From the human T2T-CHM13v2.0 reference genome, Homo sapiens, in the NCBI RefSeq assembly GCF_009914755.1, contig NC_060948.1: a stretch of DNA of 64,000 nucleotides; one strand, given 5' to 3'. How positions within the stretch are numbered: position 1 is the first letter of the stretch; each line of letters begins with the position of its first letter. Below are positions 33,497 to 47,118 of the stretch, one piece after another. The notes beneath the pieces were generated by a model, which was given only the letters and a program-made list of their open reading frames with translations, had not been told where the DNA came from and searched no databases. The translations under genes and the position numbers were made by a program.

Positions 33497-36400
33497 AGTA
33501 TTCATCAGTGTTCTTCAGAGAAACAGAACCAATAGAGAGGGATTTGTTATAAGGTACTATCTCACACAATTATAGAGGCTGAGGAATCTCGTGATATGCT
33601 GTTTGCAAGCTTTAGACCCAGGAAAGCCAGTGGCATAGCTCAAAGGCCTGAGAGCTGGAGTGCCAATGATGTAGATTCCAGGACTAATCTGAAGGCTTAG
33701 GAACCAGTAGCACCGAAGGTGGCAGATTGATGTCCTAGCTCAAGCAGTCTGGCAGAGGGAAGGATAATCCAAGCTTCCTCCGCTTTTTTGTTCTATTCAG
33801 GTGCTCAATGGATTGGATGATGCCCACACATATTTGGAAGGGCCTTATATTTCATTTAGTTCATCAATTCAAATGCTAATCACTTTCCAGAAACAATCTT
33901 ATAAACACAAAAATAGTTTTTAACCACATATCTGAACATTCATGGCCATGTCAAGTTGACACATAAAATTAACTATCAGAAGTCTACCCCTTGTCAACTT
34001 GGTACCCATATCCATCTCAAATAAAGACAATAGCAATATCATAATTCTGCCTAACATAATGCAATTATCCTGAATACATTGAAAAATGCACTAACCTCTT
34101 CCCCAGAAGAGGAGGTAAAATCTTTGAGTGATGTTTACTTTTCCTGATATTCCTTAGCTTAAATGCTATGATATAAGATTAACAACACTAGGAAACTTTT
34201 ACATAAAGTCTATTCATCTTATGTTACTTGATAAGACAAAAGAGAGGGAAGAAAACAAATATATTTGCTGTGTATATGCACATGAACATACACACACACA
34301 AATGCATTCTTAAAAACCTAAGAAAATACTCATGACGATTAAACCCCTCAATTCTCTAACTGGCCCCATGGTCATATCTGTTATTTATAACTACTTTCTT
34401 CCACTACCCATTGTGTATTTCCTTTGCCTTCAGCAAGTACATCAGCTGGTCATGGTTGTTTACCTGGTGAGGTTAACCAAACCTTCCTTCCTGACAGGTC
34501 TGCATTATGAGCAGTCCTGCCTGGATTAGGTTGTTCAAACATTATATGGATCTTCATCATAGGGTATGGTAACATTAAGACACCCTAAGGGATTTTCTGT
34601 ATTTCAGGCATACTCTTTATTATCCCCATTGTGGAGTAGTAGTCAAATTTTGCTTTGGTAATCAAAATCAATTACCTCACCCAGCACAGTAACTTTCTTT
34701 CCCTGTTGATTCAGAGGCATGAGTAGTCATAAGTGGCTGAGTGACAGTCTTAACTTTCATTCTAATGAAATGATTATTGTGTCTCCTGGTAGAAAGTTTC
34801 CTCCCTTTGGAACTACGTCCTCTGGGCCAGCAGAGTATAATAAGGCAGTAACAGGAAGCAACATTTTTGCTAGTGGGTCACAGGGGATAATGGTGAGTGC
34901 TGCCACTCTCATTTTCACACCTTGATTCCTGGACCTGTGAATTCTGGCTATGGGACAAATAGCACCAAATGTTACCAACTGACAGAGCACATATAAAGCC
35001 TTCTGGAAAACCTTGCCCCAGCCCTGCAAAGTCCTGACACCCAGCTGGTACTGTAATTGTGTCTTCAAAAGGCCACTTATCTATTTTATCAAGCTAGCTG
35101 CTTCAGGATGGTGGATAACATGGGCCTATTGCCACTCTTCGTTTGCTATGAAGTGAGTTTCTTGGTAAGAGGCAATGCTGTGTGGAATATAATGGTGGAT
35201 CAAGCATTCTATAAGCCCACAGATTGTAGTTTAGACAAAAGCACTGCATGCAGGAAAGGCAAATTAAAAACTGTAGTAAATGCCTACTCCAATATAAACA
35301 AAATATTTCCCTTTCCATGACTGAGGTGGCCTAATGTAATCAACATGTCACTAGGTACCATTGGCTGATCACTCTGGGAAATGGAAGTATATTGAGAACT
35401 CAATGTTGATCTGTGCTGCTGAAATATTGAATCCCGATAGGAAAGGCTTAGAGAAATATTGACAACATAAATTATAGTGTATCAGGGTCCTTCCTGGAGA
35501 AGATATAACCTTTTAATTATATAAGGGGTTCTGGGTCTGTAAACTGGCCCAATTCTGGAAACTGATTGAGGGGCTATGAGTCTATACTTTAATGATTCAA
35601 GTTAGATTTTTGTTCACTTAACCTAGAACTTTCCTTCTTATATAAATCAGGTAAGAAGATAGTAGGCTTCCTATCTATTTCACTTTTCAAATGTCATGAT
35701 TGACTAGCCAATGTCATAGGTATACATCAGTCAGACTATTCTGATTGCTGCTTTTACTTTGCTGTCCATTAGGGTTACCATGACAACCCTGCCTTTGGTG
35801 GTTGAGTGCCAACACTTCACCCTTGTGCCTCTGGAATACATTTACTCCCATTGCATTTAGTTTTTCTAATCGAATTGCTGTAGTTTCCATTGTAAGGTCT
35901 ATCCCGCAGAGAAAAGCGATCACAGAGCCCTTCATAGATAGTGGAGTTTCCCCAAAAATTTATTTCTCAAAGTGGTGGTGAAAGGTATAACTTCTGGGCT
36001 GTCCCAGTGTGGGTGAGTAAGTACTAAATGAAAAATCCACTCTTAACATTCAATTTTCTCTAAGCCTCTTAATCCCTTCCTCTACATTACACCAAAGGAG
36101 GTAGGCATTTTTGGTTCACTCAAAGTGGTCAATATTTTGGTTCCTATCTCAGCCAATCATTAAAAAAACTGCTAGAGTAATTTTTAACTCCCTGAACTGC
36201 AACATTAAATGCAGAATCTCTGTTAAGTGAGCCTATATTAATAAATTTGGCTTAATCCAATTTTATGTCACTTCCACCATTATCCCGTAACCTCCATATT
36301 TATTTCCACACATATTTCCTGATTTATGTCTGTATTAATTAGAAAAGTCAAGTAGTTTCTGGAAGTGCACACCTCCTCATTGGTCACACTTTGTACCTCA

Positions 36401-38148
36401 TCATTAGTGGCCTGGTGGTACCTGAGTCCAGTTACAGGTCTATAAGCAAATAAGGGTAAAATAGATGGATCATGAAGAGAAGCAACATTTTCTGGGGTGG
36501 CAATTGTCTCAGGGGAGGTAATTACTGTTTTTTTTCAGGTAATGCAGAGTTAATCCACTCACGCAGGGCTGGAAAGGCTGATACCGCTGGGGGTGTGGAT
36601 GATGTTGCCACTTGGAGTGGAGATACTGCTTTGGCTTGGAGTAGGGAGGCCACTTATGCTGAGGTTAGGAAGAACTGTTCCACTGACAAAACTAACATCG
36701 GAATTTAGAAGCTCAGTTTCCCCAGTATAATCAGCCATTCCACATGTCCCCATTCCAACTTACAAGATGCCATTTTTTTCCCTAATTTTTTTTTCTACTT
36801 TTACAATAGACACCCTGTGAAGCTGGTTGGGAGTTCAACTTGAATTGTAATTCAGACAATTGCAGGATGAGATTCTGAGTTTGATTTTCAGCAACATCAG
36901 CTCTGTGGCTATAGAAGATAAAAGTTTCTTTCAAGACACACATAGAAACCTTCAAGTCATGTATGCAGCACATGAGGTGGTATATATAAATATAGATATG
37001 CTTAATATACATAATATATTTATGTATATTTCAGGGATTTGATATATATTATATATATTAGTATATCATATATGTGATATATTAAATATAAATATATATT
37101 CAAATCCCTGATATATATTTAATATATATCATTTTGTAGATATACATATATACATGTGGATATATATTATATATAAATATATACCTATATGCATATATAA
37201 ATATATGCCTATAAACATATATATAGTACATATAAATATATACCTATAAACATATATAATATATAAATATATACATATATACATACATAAATATATTTAA
37301 CCACATTAAACCAGTGACATTTGAGCAACTAACTGACTTTATCATATTTCTCAGCTTTCTGTAAATATTCAAAAGTATTATAAACATAGTTATCAAGCTT
37401 CTTGTTTCTTATAAGTGGTTAATCAAGAGTATCCAATACAAATATTTTGTATGTCTCTATTACCAATTTATGCTGTGGACTATCAGTGCTTTCTCTACTA
37501 CTGGAAATAGAGTCACTGGAATATCTAAGTTATATCAGATTAGGAAGCCAATTCCAGAAACTCTAGATCAACACAGAAACGCATGTTTAGAATTTTTTTT
37601 TCCTCTAGAATACTCCCAGTACCAAAATCTGCATTTTTCAGGGTTTTTCAGAAAAATTGAATCAGTAGCATAGCTAGCTAGATAGATAAGTAAATTAGAT
37701 TTGTTGTAAGACATTGTTTCACATAATTATGGAGGATGAAAATTCTCATGCTATGTCATCTGCAAGCCAGAGACTCAAGAGAAGCCTGTAGTTTAGTTAA
37801 AAGGCCTTAGAGTTTAAGAGCTGATGGTTTAGGTCTTAGTCTAAAGTGTGAAGGCTTAAGAACCAGTAGTTCCCAGGACAGAAGAAGATTGTCATTCCAG
37901 CTCAAGCATTGTGGCAGAAGAAGGAAGGATCCAACCTTCTTTCACTTTTGCCTTTTTGTTTTATTCAGACTCTCAAAGGATTGGATGATGCCCACATGCA
38001 ATGGGGAAAGCCATCTGCTTGACTCAGTTAACCAATTAAAATGCTTACCTCTTCCAGAAGCACCCTCACAGACACATCCAGAAGTAATGTTTAATCAGAT
38101 GTCTACATCCTAAGGCCATGTCAAGTTGACATAATATCATGCATCACA
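33497..38148 (-). mobile_element. ERVL provirus with both MLT2 LTRs, internally deleted
   Basis: LTRs 33497-33980 and 37630-38148; PPT (reverse complement ggggtagact) at 33981-33990; PBS-side 'gattttggtactggga' at ~37614-37629; gag, integrase and dUTPase-like remnants in minus-strand ORFs; TSD only partial (cacag/cccaa). Confidence 0.9.
36980..37298. repeat. TA-rich low-complexity expansion inside ERVL gag
   Basis: Directly visible degenerate (TA)n tract. Confidence 0.9.
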
Positions 38149-38379
38149 CCCAATGTCTTATAGTAATATACATTTGTTCAGAAGTGTAATACAAATTTAG
38201 TCACAATAAAAATGTTAGCCTTAATAGCCCCAGTGTGAAAAAATATTATTTAATAATTCAAGAGTTTCTTTAATTTTAAATATGTAAAATTATTTTTTAA
38301 AAAATAAATTATTAAAACTAAGATTTATACCATAGTTAGTATCTGAGAGGCACTGGGTTAACAAACCTTTGGTGCCGAT

Positions 38380-38510
38380 GCTCATTTAATCTTCATGGCA
38401 ATCCTGCAATGTTATTCTTATTCTTATTTGACTCCAATTTTATAGATGATGAATACTTAAGTACAGATAATTTAAGTAATTTGAATGAAGGATCAGAGCC
38501 AATAAGTCCC
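38380..38510 (-). mobile_element. MIR fragment
   Basis: 'ctcatttaatcttcatggcaatcctgc...attttatagatgatgaa...taagtaatttg'. Confidence 0.6.
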
Positions 38511-39407
38511 TGCTCCTAATTACTTTGCTATGTAACCAGACTCAATGCTTATGACATTTATATTATTACATTCAAGTTAAATAAGGAGTATATTAAACCT
38601 AACCATTCCTAACTGTTTTTTCCCTTCATTTACTCATTTAATTCAATAGAGATGTAGGTATGGAATACATCTCACTTGGAACATGGAGTATGTTTTTGGA
38701 AAATGATAGCACCATTTATTTCTGAAATAATTACATTTAAAACAAAGCTTAGAAAATTGTTTCAGTCATATATTAGACTGTAAACAGATGTGTAACAAGG
38801 ATAATTTACCCTGGTTCATATTCTGCTAAAATTGATAAATATTTGACTTATATCTGGAAATTTAACTCAAGTATTAAATGTAGTTGTTGTACAATTTGTT
38901 TGCACTTTTCAGTAAGACTTAAGGTGAATGCAAATCTTAGCTCTAGGAGTTCTGCCACTTTCTTTTTTCGATGTCTAGACAGAACTCATAATGCCTATTT
39001 AACTATGTTTCATATGTTAGGAAAGGAAAAACAATCTCTCTTTCCCTCTATAGAAGAATGTTATAAGCATTAAGAGATTTTTAAAAAATATATTTGATAT
39101 ATGCAAAGTAGACTTTATGGTAGGCATTCCTGTATTTTCTTTAACATTCCAGTAGAAGAAGCAATCTAAATTGTCAAGATGCTTTATGCTGCTAAATCAA
39201 ATCAAATAAAAATTAATTTCTACTTCCTATTGGATGTAATTTTTGATCAAAAATACTCCTACGTTTTGTAGGGATAGATGATTTGGAAATATAATTTACT
39301 GAGCAATCTAAAATATACTTGAACGCACATCTCTGTGAATTTTTGATAATATAGGCATAATTATAAAAGTGGTATAATATAGTTTCAGGACATTATAACA
39401 AGCTAAG

Positions 39408-40482
39408 TTTTTTTTTTTTAATAATTTCAAACTTTCATTTTAGATTCAGGGGGTACATGTGTAGGTTTATTACCTGGGAATATTACATGATGCTGAGGTT
39501 GGTGGTACAATAGATCCTATCACCCAGGTACTAAGTATAGTACCCAACAGATTGTTTTTCAAAGCTTGCCTCCTTCCTCTCTTCCCACTCTAGTAGTCTG
39601 CAGTGTCTATTGCTGCCACCTTTTTGTGCATGAGTACCCAAAGTTCAGCTCCCTCTTATAAGTGATAATATGCTGTATTTGATTTTCTGTTACTGCATTA
39701 ATTTGCTCAGGATTATGGCCTCCAGCTGCATTCATGTTGCTGCAGCTGATGTGATTTCATTTCTATGGCTGCATAATATTCCATGGTCTAAACATACCAC
39801 ATTAAAAAAAAATTCCAATCCACCATTCATAGATACCTAGTTTGACTCAATGTCTTTGTTACTGTGAATAGTGCTGTGATGAACATAAGAATGCATGTGT
39901 TTTCTTTTTTTGATAGAATGACTTATTTTCTTTTGGATATTTACCCAGTTTTGGGATTGCTCGGTCAAATCATAGTTGTGTTTTATGTTCTTGGGGAAAT
40001 CTGCAAATTGCTTTTCACAGTAGGTGAATTAATTTACATTCCCACCAACAGTATGTAAGCGTTCGCTTTTCTTCACAGCCTCACCAACATCATCAACATC
40101 TGCTGTTTTTTGACTTTTTAATAGTAGCCATTCTGATTTGTGTGAGATGGTATCTCATTGTGGTTTTGGATTACATCTCTCTGATGATTAATGATATTAA
40201 GTATTTTTCATGTTTGTTGGCTACTTGTATGTCTTCTTTTGAGAAGTATCTGTTCATGTCTGTTGCCCATTTTTAATGGAGTTATTTGATTTTGCTCATT
40301 CAACTCTTTAAGTTTTTTATAGATTCTGGATATTAGACCTTTGTTGGATGCACAGTTTTTGAATTTTCTCCCATTCTGTAGGTTGTCTGTTTACTCTGTT
40401 GATAGTTTATTTGTTGTGCAGAAGCTCTTCGGTTTAATTAGGTTCCAACTGTCCATTTTTGTCTTTGTTGCAATTGCTTTGG
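39408..40482 (-). mobile_element. L1PA16/L1PB-like 3' portion
   Basis: poly-T, 'agattcagggggtacatgtgtaggttt', antisense ORF2 C-terminus. Confidence 0.88.
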
Positions 40483-41262
40483 ATACAGCCTAAATGTTTC
40501 TGTTTTTGCATATACCCACAGAATTTGAAACATGTAATTTCTTTCTTTTCCTTTTTTATTGCAAACTAAAAATAATCTGACAGATAAATGATTGTTCAAG
40601 TCCAGATGATTTAAAAAAATATATATATATATATAGCCTTCTTAATTAGCAACAATAATGAAAAAGGGTTAAAATAACACAAAATCTTGTAATTATTTTT
40701 CATTTGGAAATTTCAAACCCCCAAAAGATGAATAAAATTCAGTTAGGGCTCATTACAAGCACAACCCATCCAGTGAGAGAGATTGCAATATTGGTACATT
40801 AACTTTGGTCATTTTTGACTCAGTAAATAATGATCTACTTAGAACTGTTACTAGGTACATCCACAATTTAATAATAATAATAATACACACACATATTTAC
40901 AATAAATATTTATTTTAGCGAAAAAAATTGTGACAAATAAGAGTGAAGAATACAATGAAATTTCTATGAAGTTTTGCTTCAGTTTTTGATTATGCTTTTT
41001 GATCACATGAAAATTGCATTAATATATAAAAAGATAAGCATGAGAATTCATCATTGCTGACAAATATTTCTGATGAAACTAAGTTGATATGCATTTATTC
41101 TTCATAGTTGGTAAAATCTAGGCCTTAATTTACTTTATATCATTTAATAAAGTATTTTTAATTCTAATTGGAGCACTTAAATGATAAAAAGAGATAGATA
41201 TTTGACTTTGCTTTACCCAGAATTCTTTTTAAGGTTTATGATATTTTTTAGAAAAGAAATAT

Positions 41263-41400
41263 AGCTGGGCCCAGTGGCTCATGTCTGTAATCCCAGCAAT
41301 TTGGGAGGCTGAAGCAGGATGATCACTTGCGTCCAGGAGTTTGAGACCAGCCTGGGTAATACAGTGAGACCCCACCTCTAGTATAAATTAAAAAAAAAAT
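41263..41400 (+). mobile_element. FLAM-C / Alu left monomer
   Basis: Single ~120-bp monomer 'gctgggcccagtggctc...gagaccccacctct' plus A tail. Confidence 0.85.
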
Positions 41401-42139
41401 TTAAAAAGAATAAAAATAAGAATAAATATAATTTAAAATTCCTCCTTTAAATATATATTTTTAATTTTGATTTTTGTGGGTACACAGCTGGTGTATATAT
41501 TTATGGACTATTATTTTGAAAGTCAAATGAAAATTTTATCATTTAAACCTTAAGAAGCTTTAATATAAGTCTCAGATTTGCAAATAGGTACCTGAGAATA
41601 TACACGTGATTTTATTTCTTTTAGAAAATAAAGCAAATAAAACAGAGTAAACACAAAGGAGGATCAACTAGTTGAAAATGTTTATTATACCTTATCCAGA
41701 ACGTCATGCCAGGTACATAAGCTGATATTTTGAATACAGCTAGTATAAACTGACTCAAATGTAATTTTCTTCAAGTCATTCAGTTTAATAAGTTATTATG
41801 ATTTAGATTGGCATTTCACTGTTACCCACTGTATGTAGTTTTCAGAAACCTCCATTAATTAACTTTGGTTACTCTGAAAATTATTAGAAGAGAAACTCAT
41901 GTCTTCTTTGTACATTGTGGGTTACACAGTTCCGTGTCCATTACTTCAACCTTGTCTTTTAACTTATATATCTCCTCAGAATTTATCTGCACTTGTTAAT
42001 TTTTATTTTGGGTTTGTTCTAAAGCTGCTTTCCTCCAATAATCTATCTTTTACTAAATCTACTTCACAGTCATTACATCATATATTCTATTCACACTTAC
42101 ATTTTGTATGGCTTTCCCCTTGCACATAGTATTTTTAAT

Positions 42140-44440
42140 TAAAATTTTCACTTTGGAGTAGTTATAAATTCACATCCAGTTTAAAAGAAATAGTACAACA
42201 CCATTTATTAAATAGGGAGTCCTTTCCCCATTGCTTGTTTTTGTCAGGTTTATCAAAGATTAGATGGTTGTAGATGTATGGTATTATTTCTGAGGCCTCT
42301 GTTCTGGTCCATTGGTCTATATATCTGTTGTGGTACCAGTACCATGCTGTTTTGGTTACTGTAGCCTTGTAGTATAGTTTGAAGTCAGGTAGTATGATGC
42401 TCCCAGCTTTGTTCTTTTTGCTTAGGATTGTCTTGGCTATATGGGCATTTTTTTTGTTCCATGTGAAATTTAAAGTAGTTTTTTTCTAATTCTGTGAAGA
42501 AAGGCAATGGCAGCTTGATGGGGATAGCATTGAATCTATAAATTACTTTGGGCAGTATGGCCATTTTCACGATGTTGCTTCTCCCTGTCCATGAGCATGG
42601 AATGTTGAGAAAATTGGCTAGCCATATGCAGAAAACTGAAACTGGATCCCTTCCTTACACGTTATACAAAATTAACTCAAGCTGGATTAAAGACTTAAAT
42701 GTAAGACCCAAAATCATAAAAACACTGGAAGAAAACCTAGGCAATACCATTCAGGACATAGGCATAGGTAAAGACTTCATGACTAAAACACCAAACGCAA
42801 TGGCAACAGAAGCCAAAATTGACAAATGGGATCTAGTTAAACTAAAGAGATTCTCCACAGCAAAAGAAACTATCATCGGAGTGAACAGGCAACCTACAGA
42901 TGGGGAGAAAAATGTTTGCAATCGATCTATCTGAGAAAGGGCAAATATCCAGAATCTACAAAAAAAACAAATGTACAAGAAAAAAATAAACAACCCCATC
43001 AAAGAGTGGGCGAAGGCTATGAACAGACACTTCTCAAAAGAAGACGTTTATGTGGCCAACAAACATATGAAAAAAAGCTCATCATCACTGGTCATTAGAG
43101 ACATGCAAATCAAAACCACAGTGAGATACTATCTCATGCCAGTTAGAATGGCGATCATTAAAAAGTCAAGAAAAAACTGCATGTGAATTTACAATTACTT
43201 CACAGTGAAAATCTTAACAGAGGAGAGGATGTGGAGAAATAGGAATGCTTTTACACTGCTGGTGGGAGTGTAAATTAGTTCAACCATTGTGAAAGACAGT
43301 GTGGTGATTCCTCAAAGATTTAGAACCAGAAATACAATTTGCCCAGCAATCCCATTACGGGGTATATGCCCAAAGGATTATAAATCATCCTACTATAAAG
43401 GCACATGCACACGTATGTTTATTGCAGCACTGTTCATGATAGCAAAGACTTGGAACCAGCCCAAATGCCCATCAATGCTAGACTAGATAAAGAAAATGTG
43501 GCACATATACACCATGGAATACAATGCAGCCATGAAAAAGGATGAGTTCATGTCCTTTGCAGGGACATGGATGAAGTTGGAAGCCATCATTCTCAGCAAC
43601 CTAACGCAAGAACAGAAAACCAAACACTGCATGTTCTCACTCATAAGTGGGAGCTGAACAATGAGAATGCATGGAAACAGGGAGGAGAACATCACACACT
43701 GGGGCCTGTTGGGGAATGGGTGGCTAGGGGACAGATAGCACTAGGAGAAATACCTAATGTAGATGATGGGTTGATGGGTGCAGCAAACCACCATGACATG
43801 TGCATACCTATGTAACAAACCTGCACATTCTGCACATGCATCCCAGAACTTAAAATATGATAATAATAATACAGAGAGATCTTGTACACTTTTCAGCCAG
43901 TTTTCCTCATTTGTAACATTTTACATAGAGTCAAATAACACAACCAGAATATTGACACTGAAATTATTTCTTCATGCTTATAAGTTTACCATTTTAAAAA
44001 TATCATATAATTATGCAGTATATAACCCTGGGGGATTTTATTGTTTAATTCAGCCTAATTCATTTGAAATCCATCAAGTTGTTGCATGCATCAATAGATT
44101 ATTTCTCTGTATTGTTGAGTAATAACCCATGTGCCACAGATTATTTAACCATTTATCCATTGAAAAATATCTGATTTGTTAACTCAGTACTACTAACAGT
44201 AAAGCTGATATAAACATTTTGTACAAGTTTTTGTATAAATATAATTTTCATTTTTTGGATAATATGGAAATTGCATATTTAGTTTATAAGAAACTGTCAA
44301 AATAATTTGCAATGTATGGGTGCCCTTTTATATTACCAAGAAAAATATATGCGTAATCTAGTTCTTTTACATTCTAACCAGTATTGACATTGTCACTTTA
44401 AAAAAACCATAGCAATTTTGATAGGTATTTAGTAATATTC
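42140..44440 (-). mobile_element. L1MC-like 3' end (host), split by the L1PA insertion
   Basis: 'aattcacatccagtttaaaagaaatagtaca' rejoins 'aataatacagagagatcttgtacac' across the insertion. Confidence 0.7.
42196..43864 (+). mobile_element. 5'-inverted (twin-primed) L1PA7/8-like insertion
   Basis: 42196-42606 antisense ORF2, 42607-43864 sense ORF2 end and 3' UTR; TSD remnant AATA(G/A)TACA at 42189-42197 and 43865-43873. Confidence 0.9.
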
Positions 44441-44444
44441 CACG

Positions 44445-44763
44445 AAACTGAATAATTAATAAAGAACAGATTTATTTCTCACAGCTCTGGAGACTGAAAG
44501 TCCAAGGTCAAGGGGCTCACATCAGGCAAGGACTTTTTTTCTGTGTCATTCCATGGTGGAAGGCAGAATGGCAAGAGAGTGCAGGAGCAAGAGAGAAAGG
44601 GTGTGGAACTTACCACTTGTTCACAAAATCACTCCCCTGATAACTAAGTCACTTGTGAGGGTTCTGCCTAATGACCCCTTGAGCGTCCCACATTTCAATG
44701 CTGTTGCACTGGAGATTAAGCTTCCAATACATAAACTATGGAGGACATATTAAAACCACAGCA
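44445..44763 (-). mobile_element. MST-type solo LTR fragment
   Basis: 'atttatttctcacagctctggagactgaaagtccaaggtcaagg...aaaccacagca'. Confidence 0.8.
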
Positions 44764-45007
44764 ATTACTAATATTGAGACATTCTTAGTGTTAACTATTT
44801 TCAAAATGAAAATTGGTTAGAAATTTTTAAATGAAAAATTAAAATGTTTAAGCTTGAATTTGTTTGGATATTATACTTATTTTGATGTGGTTTGAAAATA
44901 TATACGTAGAAAATGCAAACAATTGATCTAGTTTTGAAATAGAACTATTAGGAGCAGACTGTTACTCAGAGAATAGAACCAGAGATCTGTGGGAACTTGA
45001 AAGAGGC

Positions 45008-45300
45008 AATATTTATTGAGTGCCTACTTCATGTCAATCATTGTTCTATGCACCAGGGTTTATCCAGTGAACCAAACAGACAGAAATACTTACCTTCATG
45101 GAACACCATATTAATGAGTATTGTAAACAAATAATATTTATAAGTAAAATACATATTATATTTAAATCATTGAGTACTAAATGAGAAAAAATAAAGCAAT
45201 GAAGGATAATATAAAATTATTATGTGGATAGTCATCTATGGAAAAAATCTTTTAGGCAGAAAAAATAGCCATTTTAAAGATTCTTAATAGCTAATATGAA
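45008..45300 (-). mobile_element. L2 3' end fragment
   Basis: 'atatttattgagtgcctact...cagtgaaccaaacagacagaaatacttaccttcatggaac'. Confidence 0.7.
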
Positions 45301-46429
45301 GTTGAATGTAAGTGTCTGGAGTTCCTTGGAAAGCTCATGGCTGGTAATATAAATGTAACAGTCACTAATGTCTGTGTATAGCTACTCTGAAGTCATTTTT
45401 GACTGCCAATCTTGAAGTAATGTAAAGTTGCCAAATAAATTTGGTGATCCTATTGGTTATAACTGATATTTTTAGAAGTTACTTGAATGCTTACTTATGT
45501 ATTTTTGCATCTAATAATGATTGATAAATCCCAGAAATAAAAGGAAGAAAACAAAAAATCTATTCATAATGTCAGATTCTGGCATTCAAAATCCTACTCA
45601 TATGTCAGTTGGAGAACAAAGCTTTCAGCCAACACAGTTTGAACTGGAAGCTACCAGGATTCCTCCAGATCCAGAATGAAGGCACTTCATTTTAAATTCA
45701 TATTTGAAGGGCCCTATTCATTGATGTCATGGCAATAGGTAAAAGTCATATTTTGATTTTGTGATCTGATATATTTGTTTTTCCATTGGCACCTGGCTTC
45801 ACCCTGTGGGAAGTACCTTGTCTTCTATTATCCCCATTTCTCATCTTTGTGGGAGGATATACTCCTCAAGGACTGCACAGACTGATTTGTGTGTTTTACT
45901 GTTACCATCATTTTAGAAAAAAAATTTCTCAAAACCCTAGTAACTTTCTCATCTATTTGAGTCTAAGCAATTCCAAACACCAACAACCACATAGAAAAGT
46001 TTTCCTGGATGTAAATCTCAACTCTGTTGTATTTTGTGGCTTTCTTGCTCCTTTGCATGTCTCAGCTTGATGACTTATAATTTACTGTCATCTGAAGTAA
46101 TAGTTTGGAATAGATAAAGGAAACACCTAAATATGATCTTTATTTGGAAGACTGAGTTCCTTTGTTTAACTAAAAATTCTTAATGAATCTCTGTTGCTCA
46201 AAGTCTTTTTCAGTTTTATCTCCCACTCTCTGGGGTGCAAACATACTCAGATGTTCTAATCCAATAAGGCCTCAAATTCATTCAGTGTTCTCTATTATCT
46301 TTGCTATTTCCACAAGCCAGCCAGGAGTAATATTTCGAGTCCATAGCTAAAGATAATTTATTTCTTTTTATATATAAGTCCAATATATTTGTTTGTAATA
46401 GATGCACAGATATACTGCATACATAAGTT

Positions 46430-46720
46430 TAAGGATTCATTCTTCTTTCATCTTGTGGCTTCAGCGTGCCTCAGGGCCTTTGAGTCCTCTGTTTAAAGTT
46501 GGCTGACTTGAAAAGACAGGCAAGGTAGAGATGCATTGGCTTTTTAACAGTCTTTGCCTTTAAGAGACACATATCATTTCTGTTTATATTCTATCATAAG
46601 AACTAACTATGTTGCCCTTCATATATCCACAAGCATCTGAGAAATGTAGTTTATGGCTGGGCAGCCACTTCACAATGACAATTTTATAGAAGAACCATGA
46701 ATTTTGATGAAAAGATAGCT
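46430..46720. mobile_element. Old MLT1 (J/K-like) LTR fragment
   Basis: 'ttctttcatcttgtggct...catatcatttctgtttatattctat...ctgagaaatgtagttt'. Confidence 0.5.
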
Positions 46721-47118
46721 GACTTTACAGCATTGTATATCATAAATGTGCACTTTTATTCTTCTCTAGATCATGGCATACAGATTACTTCAGTTCATTA
46801 ACAGAATGTGGACTCTGGGATTTAAAATTATAGAAAATAGGAGTTAGTGAAAATGGTTTTATATGTAACCATAGAGTGAATATCTGATAGACAAGTAGCC
46901 ACTGGTCTGGTCAGAATACACCTCAAATGCCAAGTGCATTCTCTACATGGGATACTATCAAATAGCACTACAAGGTATGCTAACCACAATGCTTCCACCA
47001 GGTCTTATGTATAGTCACCACTTGTGTAGCAAAATTATCCTTGAGTTCAGAGTCAGAATTGATTCAGATATTAAGGAAATTATGAAACTTTAAGTTCCAT
47101 ATTAAGAAAATTAAAACA

